Source of the DNA: Gammaproteobacteria bacterium
GTDB taxonomy: Bacteria; Pseudomonadota; Gammaproteobacteria; Eutrophobiales; Eutrophobiaceae
Assembly (NCBI GenBank): GCA_965116495.1
Contig: OZ220696.1
Location: 2,944,001-3,008,000 of the forward strand
DNA length: 64,000 nt
Reading direction: 5' to 3'
In this document: one piece after another, positions 29,661 through 38,251 of the stretch
Layout: each line of letters begins with the position of its first letter
Numbering within the stretch: position 1 is the first letter of the stretch
The notes under the pieces: model-generated
What the model saw: only the letters and a program-made list of their open reading frames with translations
What the model was told of the DNA's origin: nothing
The model's database searches: none
Program-made: the position numbers and the translations under genes

Positions 29661-30123
29661 TAACCCGCATATCTCACCAATTCGCTTGTTACTATCCGAA
29701 ACGTCAATATGCTGTCAATAAGTTATAGTAATATTCACACTATGTCATCATTACAGACTGCGCTTGATGCGCCCTCGCTTGTCTTTTTCCCGCCAGCGGG
29801 CACGTGTTCATTGCGTCCATCCCTGGACGCAACCCTTCGGGCGGCTATCGCCGTGCAAATCGGCTGTCCTGCCGATTTGTCCCTCAACCAGACAAATCTG
29901 CCTGGAGCAGATTTGGACGCTCGCAGAGCGCCCGCAGGGGGCGCCCCAAGGATGGGGCGCATCAACTACGGCTATGCTTTCGGTCGCAGGCACCCGCTGG
30001 CGGGACAAATCTGCCAGGAGCAGATTTGGACGTCCGCAGGACGCCTGCAGGGTGTGCGCCACGGAAGGCGCACATCTAAAATCCTGCGCGATCATCGCAT
30101 CAATTGGTGAGATATGCGGGTTA
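29661..30123. mobile_element. Composite MITE, 463 bp, perfect 22-bp TIRs, with three nested hairpin modules
   Basis: TAACCCGCATATCTCACCAATT ... AATTGGTGAGATATGCGGGTTA; backbone is the reverse complement of 22827-22990, interrupted at ~29810-29881, ~29891-29965 and ~30004-30077. Confidence 0.85.
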
Positions 30124-30310
30124 GTGTATCCAGATTGTATGAGAGGTCAAAGTCCTTATACGCGGCAGACAGGTTCGCCACAAAGCCGTCCGGTGCATTG
30201 TTGCCATTCAGGGTTTGACCGGGAAGCCGGAAACGAAGTGGCGTGCAAGGAATTTGAAGACATCCGGAGAAATAACATAACATGATGAAACTAGGGAGAA
30301 ATGCGGGTTA

Positions 30311-31246
30311 ATGGCCGGTTCAGGCCTGCGCATTGTTACAAGAGAAAGCCCCCTGGCCATGTGGCAGGCGCAATTCGTGCGCGCGCGCTTACAGGAAATG
30401 CATCCCGGCCTGCGTGTGGGGATAAAGACCGTAAAGACGACCGCCGATCGATTTTTGCACAAATCGCTGGCGGAAATGGGCGGCAAGGGCGTGTTTGTCA
30501 AGGAACTGGAGCAGGCGCTGCTGAATGACGAGGCCGACCTTGCCGTTCATTCCATGAAGGACGTGACAGTAGATCTCCCTGCCGGCCTGGCGATAACGGT
30601 AATCATGCAAAGAGAGGACCCGCGGGATGTGCTGGTGGCAAGCCGTTATCCGTCCCTGGCCGAATTGCCGGCCGGCGCCAGGGTCGGGACATCCAGTCTG
30701 CGCCGGCAGTGCCAGCTCAATGCAGCCTGTCCGGGACTTGTCCTGCAGGACATTCGCGGCAACGTGGGGAGCAGGCTGCAAAAACTGGATAACGGGACTT
30801 ATGATGCGTTGATCCTGGCGGCCGCCGGGATGAAGCGGCTCGGCAAGGAGGACCGGATCAGCGTCTACCTTGATGTGGAAGACATGTTGCCGGCTATTGG
30901 ACAGGGCGCGCTGGGGATCGAAACCAGGGCAGGTGATGCGCAGGTGTTACAGTTTGTCCAGCCCCTGAACCACGAACCGACCCGGGCGTGCGTGAGTGCG
31001 GAGAGGGCCTTGTCCCGGAAGCTCTACGGCGGCTGTCACCTGCCGCTCGCGGCCTACGCGGAGATTTCCGGCGAAGGCCTCTCCATGACTGCGCTGGCAG
31101 GTTACCCGGACGGTTCAAGGATAGTGAAAGACAGTATTGCCGGTGCCGTGGGCCAGGCCGAGCAGCTTGGGCAGGAGCTGGGGGAGCGGTTGCTGCAGCG
31201 GGGCGCGCATGAGATCCTGGTTGAGGTGATGGGCAATGCGGGATAG
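30311..31246 (+). CDS. hemC: Hydroxymethylbilane synthase
   Basis: TRESPLAMWQ, GKGVFVKELE, VHSMKD, GTSSLRR, RGNV, GGC. Confidence 0.97.
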   Translation: MAGSGLRIVTRESPLAMWQAQFVRARLQEMHPGLRVGIKTVKTTADRFLHKSLAEMGGKGVFVKELEQALLNDEADLAVHSMKDVTVDLPAGLAITVIMQREDPRDVLVASRYPSLAELPAGARVGTSSLRRQCQLNAACPGLVLQDIRGNVGSRLQKLDNGTYDALILAAAGMKRLGKEDRISVYLDVEDMLPAIGQGALGIETRAGDAQVLQFVQPLNHEPTRACVSAERALSRKLYGGCHLPLAAYAEISGEGLSMTALAGYPDGSRIVKDSIAGAVGQAEQLGQELGERLLQRGAHEILVEVMGNAG

Positions 31247-32021
31247 CGACCCGACCCTCTCGGGGAAAAAAATCTGGGTAACCAGGCCCGCGCACCAGGC
31301 TGAAGAACTCTGCAGGATGATTGAGGAGAGGAAAGGTGCGCCACTGAGTCTACCGACCCTGGTCATCCGGCCCGTCCCGGGGGAAGAACGGACAGCAGAA
31401 AACCGGCGCCGGCTGGTGGATGCGGATATCGTTGTCTTCATCAGTAAAAATGCCGTTGCCCATTGTCTGGCACTGTTCCCGCATGTTGCCGACATCTTAC
31501 AGGAAAAGATCGTTCTTGCGGTCGGCCGGACAACAGCCGGCGCGTTGCTGGCCCTGGGGCTCGAGTCGGTTGGGCACATCGACGCCGGCGGAAGCGAATC
31601 ACTGTTGCAGCTCCCGGTATTGTCCGGAACGGAATTAAGGGGTAAACGGGTCATAATTGTTCGCGGCCAGGGGGGGCGCGAGGTCTTGCGGGACAGCTTG
31701 GTTGCCCGGGGTGCCGGTGTCGATTACCTGGAAGTATACCGGCGCGACAAGCCCGGCATAAGTCAGGCAGACATGGCGAAATTCTGGCATGATGAGAGGC
31801 CGGATGCCGTGGTAATCACCAGCCTGGCAGGGCTGGATAACTTGGTCGAGTTGATGCCGGCCGGGGAACGCGGGCGCTTGTTCGGAACCGCCATGGTGGT
31901 GATGAGTGAGCGCATAAGACAACGCGCACTGGAGGCAGGATTTCAACGCATAGCCGTGGCGACGGATAACAGCGATACGGGATTGGTTGATGCCTTGATG
32001 GACATGAACGAGAGCAATTGA
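31236..32021 (+). CDS. hemD: Uroporphyrinogen-III synthase
   Basis: VTRP, FISKNAV, SESLL, RGQGGRE.L, VYRR. Confidence 0.93.
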   Translation: MRDSDPTLSGKKIWVTRPAHQAEELCRMIEERKGAPLSLPTLVIRPVPGEERTAENRRRLVDADIVVFISKNAVAHCLALFPHVADILQEKIVLAVGRTTAGALLALGLESVGHIDAGGSESLLQLPVLSGTELRGKRVIIVRGQGGREVLRDSLVARGAGVDYLEVYRRDKPGISQADMAKFWHDERPDAVVITSLAGLDNLVELMPAGERGRLFGTAMVVMSERIRQRALEAGFQRIAVATDNSDTGLVDALMDMNESN

Positions 32022-33187
32022 AAGTGAACAACAAGGTGGACGATATGGCTGAGGGTAAGGTTGCCGATGCAGCCGTTACCGGAAATGCCGGGGAGGCGGG
32101 TACCGGCGTCACTGAGGAACCCGGTTTGAATGACCCCGGGGCGGGACCTGATACGGCAGATACCCCAAACAACGACAAGCCGCGCGCGCAGGGTCGTCCC
32201 TGGGGAACCATCCTGTTTCTGGTAACACTGCTTGCCATCACTGCCGGCGTAGCGGGGTATTTTATTTTTGACCTCGACAAAGTCCGGAAAGCCGTTGATG
32301 CCGAACTTCAATCCCAGGCGGCCAGGTTGGACGAGCTGCAACAGCGCACTGCGTCCCTGGCTGAAAACACCCGGTCGCTGGATAACCGGTTGACCGGCGC
32401 CAATGAACAACTCGCCGGGATATTACACAACCTGAACAGCCTGCAGCGGCAGGGAAACAACGATTTCGCCTGGCAATTGGCGGAGTTGAGATACCTGTTC
32501 CTGATAGCCTACCACCGTCTTGCGCTGGCTGCGGATGCAGACACGGCACAGGCCATTTTGCAGTCTGCCGATGCCAGGCTCAGGGAAATCGCCGACCCGG
32601 AGCTCATTCCGGTACGCGAACAACTGATCGCGGATCTCAACCGCTTGAGCGAATTCCCGCGTACGGATTACAGCGGTCTTGCCCTGCTGCTGGGCGACCT
32701 GGCGCGCCGGGTGGACCGGCTTCCGCTGAACCTCGGCGCGAGCGGTGTACAGACAGCGGCAACAGCCGACGAAGAGACGCCCGTATCGGGAAACAACTGG
32801 CAGCGACTGGCCCGGAACCTGTGGCAGGAAATAAAATCCCTGCTCGTCATATCCCGAACGGACAAAAATAATGCCACATTCCTGGCGCCGCAGGAGCGTT
32901 ACTTTTTATACCAGAACTTGCGCTTGCAGCTTGAGGCGGCCCGCCTGGCGCTATTGAGCCGGGACGACGGCCAGTTCCGGGACTCCGTCAACGCCTGCGT
33001 GGATTGGTTGAATGAATATTTCGACAGCGATGATGAACGGGTCCGGAACGCGTTGGCTTCCCTGGAAAACGCGGCCGCAGTCGGATTGCATGGGTCTGTT
33101 CCCTCGATCGACGCAACGTTACGCGTATTTGATGAGTATCTGATGCGGCAAGGTGGAACGATAACCGGTGGCGGTGCCGAGCAGTGA
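32018..33187 (+). CDS. hemX: HemX family membrane protein
   Basis: TM plus coiled coil, WQLAE..YL, FLYQNLRLQLE.ARLALL; hemCDXY order. Confidence 0.88.
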   Translation: MKVNNKVDDMAEGKVADAAVTGNAGEAGTGVTEEPGLNDPGAGPDTADTPNNDKPRAQGRPWGTILFLVTLLAITAGVAGYFIFDLDKVRKAVDAELQSQAARLDELQQRTASLAENTRSLDNRLTGANEQLAGILHNLNSLQRQGNNDFAWQLAELRYLFLIAYHRLALAADADTAQAILQSADARLREIADPELIPVREQLIADLNRLSEFPRTDYSGLALLLGDLARRVDRLPLNLGASGVQTAATADEETPVSGNNWQRLARNLWQEIKSLLVISRTDKNNATFLAPQERYFLYQNLRLQLEAARLALLSRDDGQFRDSVNACVDWLNEYFDSDDERVRNALASLENAAAVGLHGSVPSIDATLRVFDEYLMRQGGTITGGGAEQ

Positions 33188-34053
33188 GGATTTTGTTTAC
33201 CCTGCTCACCGTGTTGCTTCTCGCAGTCGCGCTGGGGTGGTGGCTGCAGGACTCCCCGGGCGCGGTGATCTTTACCTACAAGGAGTGGATAATTCAGACC
33301 AGCCTGGTCGTATTCGCGCTTGTCTCCGGCGTCCTGTTCCTGGTGGTTTATGTTTTAGTGCGGTTGTTGACAAAGATATTACACTTGCCGGCGGATTTAC
33401 GGCGCTTGTCTGAAAGCAGGCGGCGCGGTTTGATTTCGGCGGAGCAGGCCAGGGCAAAGCAGTTGACCTTCCAGGCCGGGTTGCTGCGCCAAGCCGGGAA
33501 TGGGCAGGATCGGGTTGCGTTGAAAAATGCCTGGCGGAGTATTCCGAACAAGTTGAAAAAGGAGAGTTTCCTGATCGGCGTTTACGTAAGGGAACGCTTG
33601 CGCCAGGGGGACAGCAGTGATTGTGAGGCCTTGTTGCGGCGCGCGCTCAAGCGCCAGTGGGACCCGGAACTGGTTCGGTTGTACGGGCTGGTTGAAGGCA
33701 GAAACCTGAAACGGCAACTGGAGTTTGCCGGGAACTGGCTGTCGCAGTTCCCCCGGGATGCGGCATTGTTGCTGACCCTGGGGCGCTTGTGTAAAAAAAA
33801 TCACCTGTGGGGAAAGGCCAGAAGCTACCTGGAACAAAGCATACACGCGCGCCCGGATCCAGCAACCTGCCAGGAACTGGCAACCTTGCTTGAGCAACAG
33901 GGAGAGCACGCCGCCGCCAGGTCGTATCTCCAAGAAGGCCTGAACCTGGCAACCGGCGCGCACGAGACCGGTGAAACAGGGACGGCGCTGGTAACAGGCG
34001 AGAGAGAATCAACTGGTGAAAAATCCGGGCTAGTCGGCGTTTTGCCCGGCTGA
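33184..34053 (+). CDS. hemY: HemY-like TPR membrane protein, internally shortened
   Basis: HemY N-terminal TMs and C-terminal LLLTLGRLC...LWGKARSYLE; only 289 aa. Confidence 0.82.
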   Translation: MRILFTLLTVLLLAVALGWWLQDSPGAVIFTYKEWIIQTSLVVFALVSGVLFLVVYVLVRLLTKILHLPADLRRLSESRRRGLISAEQARAKQLTFQAGLLRQAGNGQDRVALKNAWRSIPNKLKKESFLIGVYVRERLRQGDSSDCEALLRRALKRQWDPELVRLYGLVEGRNLKRQLEFAGNWLSQFPRDAALLLTLGRLCKKNHLWGKARSYLEQSIHARPDPATCQELATLLEQQGEHAAARSYLQEGLNLATGAHETGETGTALVTGERESTGEKSGLVGVLPG

Positions 34054-34060
34054 TTTACAC

Positions 34061-34936
34061 CTACGCCGTTTCCTTGGCAGCCATTATCCGCTTGATCAGC
34101 GGCTCAATAATCAGCTGGATGGCAAAGTTGGTTTTGCCGGCAGGGATCACAATCGTATAAGGCGTGGACATGAAAGATCCATGCAGCATTTCCAGCAGGT
34201 AAAGGAAGTCGACAGCCAGCTTGTCCCGGTTGCGTACGTGGAGGACGGTAAAACTCTCGTCGCTGGAGGGAATATGCACGGCGCCGAACGGATTGGCGGT
34301 GTCGACGGTCGGTACCCGCTGCAGGTTGATATCCGTGCGGGAGAACTGCGGCGTGATATAGTGGACATAATCATACATGCGCTCCAGGATCATGTCGGTG
34401 GCGTCTTCGATACTGTAGCCGCGCACAGTCTTGTCCCGCTGTATTTTCTGGATCCATTCCAGGTTGATTATGGGCGTGATGCCGATAAGCACGTCGACGT
34501 GCCGGGCGATGTTTACTTCATCCGTGATCAGGCCGCCATGCAGTCCTTCGTAAAGCATTAAATCCGTGTGCTCCGGCAGGGCTTCCCAGGGCGTCAACGT
34601 ACCGGGGGTCCCGCCGTGATGCGCGGCATCCGCATCATTATGAATATAAAAACGCTGTTTCCCCGTGCCGTATTCGGCATACTCGCTGAATCCGGCTTCA
34701 AGTTCCGTGAACAGGTTTCCTTCAGGCCCGAAGTGGGTGATATGCCTGCCCTCGCGCATGGCCTCCCGGCCAAGCCGCTCCATTTCCTCACGGTTATAAC
34801 GGTGGTAGCTGTCTCCTTCAATTACTGCAGCCTTGATACCCTGGCGATTGAAAATCTTCTCAAACGCTTCCTTGATATTGGTCGTACCGGCCCCCGACGA
34901 GCCGGTCACGGCGATTATGGGGTGTTTTTTTGACAT
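34061..34936 (-). CDS. prkB: Phosphoribulokinase (proteobacterial type)
   Basis: HPIIAVTGSSGAGTT, EGDSYHRY, YEGLHG, NLEWIQKI.RD, QRVPTVDT.NPF. Confidence 0.92.
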   Translation of the reverse strand: MSKKHPIIAVTGSSGAGTTNIKEAFEKIFNRQGIKAAVIEGDSYHRYNREEMERLGREAMREGRHITHFGPEGNLFTELEAGFSEYAEYGTGKQRFYIHNDADAAHHGGTPGTLTPWEALPEHTDLMLYEGLHGGLITDEVNIARHVDVLIGITPIINLEWIQKIQRDKTVRGYSIEDATDMILERMYDYVHYITPQFSRTDINLQRVPTVDTANPFGAVHIPSSDESFTVLHVRNRDKLAVDFLYLLEMLHGSFMSTPYTIVIPAGKTNFAIQLIIEPLIKRIMAAKETA

Positions 34937-35045
34937 GGTTCCCCTTGCGTAAAGGATTATGGCGATTGTTTAAATCAGAAATTCAGGATGATGATACGGT
35001 ATACTTTCTCCCGGTAGGGCCGGTTACGTTAACTATTTTGCCATC

Positions 35046-36794
35046 ATGCAGCAAAAGAAACCCACTGATCTCGTACTTTACTTGCGCTTGTTGACTTATG
35101 TAAAGCCCTATCTGAGGATTTTTCTCGTGGCCGTGTTTGCCATGGCGGTACTGGCCCTGACCAGTCCGGCAATTGCCGCATTATTCAAAAACATTACGGA
35201 GGGAGTTTTCCAGCACGCCGAAGTTGACCTGATGACCCGTGTGGTGATTCCGATCATCCTGGTCTTTCTTGTAGCCGCAGTATCCTCATATATCAGCAGG
35301 TATGCCCTGGCCTGGGTTGCAGAGAGGTTGGTCATGGACCTGCGTACAGAGATGTTCAGCCGTTTGTTGCAGTTGTCCTGCGCCGGCCTGGACCGGTATA
35401 CCGCCGGCAGCCTGGTCTCTAAATTCACCTTTGACGTAACTCAATTAAAGGAAACGGCTACTAATTTAATCACCACCTTGAGCAGGGATACCCTGAGCAT
35501 TATCGGGCTGGTAGCTTGGATGGCCTATATTGACTGGCTGTTGACGCTGATTGCGTTCCTGGCCGGTCCGGTAATATTGGCGCTGTTGCTGGCCCTGCGT
35601 GTGCGCCTGCGCAAGCTGAGCAGGTTGGTACAGGGCGCCATGGCGGACTTGCACCATGTACTGAATGAAGCCATCGCCGCGCACCGGATTATCAAGATAT
35701 TTGCCGGGCGGGACCAGGAGAGCGAAAGGTTCGGGCAAACAGCCGATAGCAACCGCCGCGTGAACATGAAGTTCGTCGCAGCCTCGGCTGCAGGCACGCC
35801 CGCAATCAACGTGATTACGGCGCTGGTGCTGGGTGTGATTGTTTATGCGGCCGCGGCGCATGCGGCGGCTGGCCAGATATCCGTAGCCGAATTCAACTCC
35901 TTTTTTGCCGCATTGCTCATGTTAATGAGTCCATTACGCAGGTTGTCACGGATAAATGAAGATTTGCAAAAAGGCCTGACGGCAAGCGAAAGTGTGTTTG
36001 GCTTTATTGACCAGGCAGCAGAGGCGGACGCGGGTGATGTTTCCGGTGCCGGGCTGGTGGGACAGATTGAGTTCCGCGACGTCAGCTTTGCTTACGACGA
36101 GGCTGGCGAGACAGTGTTGGAGAATGTATCGATGACTGTTATGCCGGGACAGACTGTAGCCGTTATCGGCCCCTCAGGTAGTGGAAAGACCTCCCTGGTG
36201 AATTTGATAGCCCGGTTTTATGATACGGCAAAGGGCGAGATCCGGGTGGACGGGCATGATATTCGTACTCTTTCCCTGACCCGGCTACGGGAGAATATTG
36301 CCCTGGTGAGCCAGGACGTGGTCCTGTACAACGATACGGTGCGCAATAACATCGCCTACGGCGTAAGCCGCACTGCGGACATCGAACGGGTCCGGGCAGC
36401 AGCCCGCCAGGCCGATGCGCTGGCGTTTATTGAGGCGCTGGAAGACGGGTTCGATACGGTCATCGGCAATGACGGTTCCCGCTTGTCAGGCGGGCAACGG
36501 CAGCGCATTGCGCTGGCACGGGCGTTGTTGAAGGACGCGCCCATCCTGATCCTGGACGAGGCCACGGCAGCCCTGGACACCGAATCGGAACGCAGTATCC
36601 AACAGTCCCTGGAATCAATCAAGCAGGGCAGAACCTGTATTATCATTGCCCACCGGCTGACTACCATCGAAAAGGCGGATCACATTTTTGTCCTGGATAA
36701 AGGCCGGCTGGTCGATGCCGGGGTTCATTCCCGGCTGATTGCCCGTGACGGGGTGTATGCCCGGTTGTACGCAGGAGAAAAAGAGGCGGGTTGA
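35046..36794 (+). CDS. msbA: MsbA-like lipid A export ABC transporter
   Basis: TM domain plus GPSGSGKT, LSGGQRQRIALARALLKDAPILILDEAT. Confidence 0.8.
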   Translation: MQQKKPTDLVLYLRLLTYVKPYLRIFLVAVFAMAVLALTSPAIAALFKNITEGVFQHAEVDLMTRVVIPIILVFLVAAVSSYISRYALAWVAERLVMDLRTEMFSRLLQLSCAGLDRYTAGSLVSKFTFDVTQLKETATNLITTLSRDTLSIIGLVAWMAYIDWLLTLIAFLAGPVILALLLALRVRLRKLSRLVQGAMADLHHVLNEAIAAHRIIKIFAGRDQESERFGQTADSNRRVNMKFVAASAAGTPAINVITALVLGVIVYAAAAHAAAGQISVAEFNSFFAALLMLMSPLRRLSRINEDLQKGLTASESVFGFIDQAAEADAGDVSGAGLVGQIEFRDVSFAYDEAGETVLENVSMTVMPGQTVAVIGPSGSGKTSLVNLIARFYDTAKGEIRVDGHDIRTLSLTRLRENIALVSQDVVLYNDTVRNNIAYGVSRTADIERVRAAARQADALAFIEALEDGFDTVIGNDGSRLSGGQRQRIALARALLKDAPILILDEATAALDTESERSIQQSLESIKQGRTCIIIAHRLTTIEKADHIFVLDKGRLVDAGVHSRLIARDGVYARLYAGEKEAG

Positions 36795-36862
36795 TTACGT
36801 CTTCAGTTGATGCGAACGAAGAGCGCACCGCAAAGACATGCGCCTTCATACATGCGTATGCC

Positions 36863-38188
36863 TCACTCCCCTGCAATAGTCATGTTTTCGACCAGCACCG
36901 AGCCGGTTTTGATATTGCCCCGGTTGTCCACGTCGTTACCGATGCTGACGATGTTCCGGAACATGTCTTTCAGGTTGGCAGCCACGGTGATCTCCTCAAC
37001 GGGATACTGGATTTCGCCCCGTTCAATCCAGAAGCCTGACGCGCCCCGGGAATAATCACCGGTGACCTGGTTCACGCCGAAGCCGATCATGTCGGTGATC
37101 AGCAGGCCGGTATCCATTTGCATCAGCAGGGCATTCAGGTCCTGTTCGCTGTTCTGCAACACCAGGTTATGTACCCCCCCGGCATTCCCGGTGGGGGTCA
37201 TCCCCAGTTTGCGCGCGGAGTAGGCGCTCAGAGCGTAGCTTTCCAGGACACCGTCCCTGACCAGGTATTTGCGCCGGGTCGCCATGCCGTCGTCGTCAAA
37301 CGGGGCGCTGCCCAGTTGTTTGGGCAAGTGGGGTTGTTCTTCGATCTGTACCTGTGGTGCAAACACCTGCGCGCCGAGCTTGTCCAGCAGGAACGAGGCG
37401 CGCCGGTACAGGGCGCCGCCCGCGATGGCCCCGAGGAATGCGGAAAACAGGCCCCGGGCGACCGGCGCCTCGAACACGACCGGCGCTGAGCGCGTGGATA
37501 ATTTGCGCGCATTCAGGCGGGACAAGGTACGGCGGGCAGCCTCTTTTCCCACGCTCTCGACGTTATCAAGGTCGCGCGGGTCCCGTGCCTTGGTATGCCA
37601 GCCGTCACGCTGCATTTTGCCGTTTTCCTCGGCTATGACCGTGCAGTCAATGCTGTGGGACGACCAGTCCCAGCCGTTGATAAAGTGGTGGGAGTTGCCG
37701 TACAGGTGTGAACCGGTATAGGTTGCGACCAGTGCCCCGTCGGAATTGGTCAGGCGCGGGTCCGCCTGCCGCGCCGCGTCTTCACATTCGATGGCGAGGT
37801 CGATAGCCGCCCGGGGAGCTATCTCCCAGCCATGGCACAGGTCCAGGTCCGGGACCTCATTTGCCAGGTATTCAGGATCAATCAGACCGGCACAATCATC
37901 CACGCTGGCGTTCCGGGCAATGGTACAGGCTGCGTTGACCGTGGCTTCCACGGCGGCGGCGGAAAAATCCGTTGTGGACGCGGAGCCTTTGCGGCCGCCG
38001 ATGTAGACCGTCACGCCCAGGCCCTTATCGCGTTGATGTTCTACAGTCTCGACCTGGCCCATGCGCACGTTGACCGACAGGCCGTGACCTGTGTTGATAT
38101 CGGCCTCCGCGGCATCGGCTCCCAGTTTGCGGCAGCGCGACAGGGTGCGGTCAATTAAGGTGCGGGCGTCTTCGTGTTGGGCTTGCAT
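36863..38188 (-). CDS. pmbA: Metalloprotease PmbA/TldE
   Basis: GGALYRRASFL, SAPFDDDG, YSARKLG..TGNAGG, GDYSRGASGFW. Confidence 0.93.
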   Translation of the reverse strand: MQAQHEDARTLIDRTLSRCRKLGADAAEADINTGHGLSVNVRMGQVETVEHQRDKGLGVTVYIGGRKGSASTTDFSAAAVEATVNAACTIARNASVDDCAGLIDPEYLANEVPDLDLCHGWEIAPRAAIDLAIECEDAARQADPRLTNSDGALVATYTGSHLYGNSHHFINGWDWSSHSIDCTVIAEENGKMQRDGWHTKARDPRDLDNVESVGKEAARRTLSRLNARKLSTRSAPVVFEAPVARGLFSAFLGAIAGGALYRRASFLLDKLGAQVFAPQVQIEEQPHLPKQLGSAPFDDDGMATRRKYLVRDGVLESYALSAYSARKLGMTPTGNAGGVHNLVLQNSEQDLNALLMQMDTGLLITDMIGFGVNQVTGDYSRGASGFWIERGEIQYPVEEITVAANLKDMFRNIVSIGNDVDNRGNIKTGSVLVENMTIAGE

Positions 38189-38251
38189 TGTTTTTCCCTG
38201 TGGGGTCAAAGGCGGCTATTCTAACACTGTTACACAGAGTACAATTAACGG

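Noticed and set aside
29810-30077. CRISPR array or tRNA genes
   Set aside because: Units are about 70 bp, divergent, in mixed orientation and without regular spacers; no cas genes and no cloverleaf seen
29709-30285. Several 70-170 aa ORFs on both strands
   Set aside because: They overlap the composite MITE, show no recognisable domains, and share text with ORF 22919-23125 only because the repeat is shared
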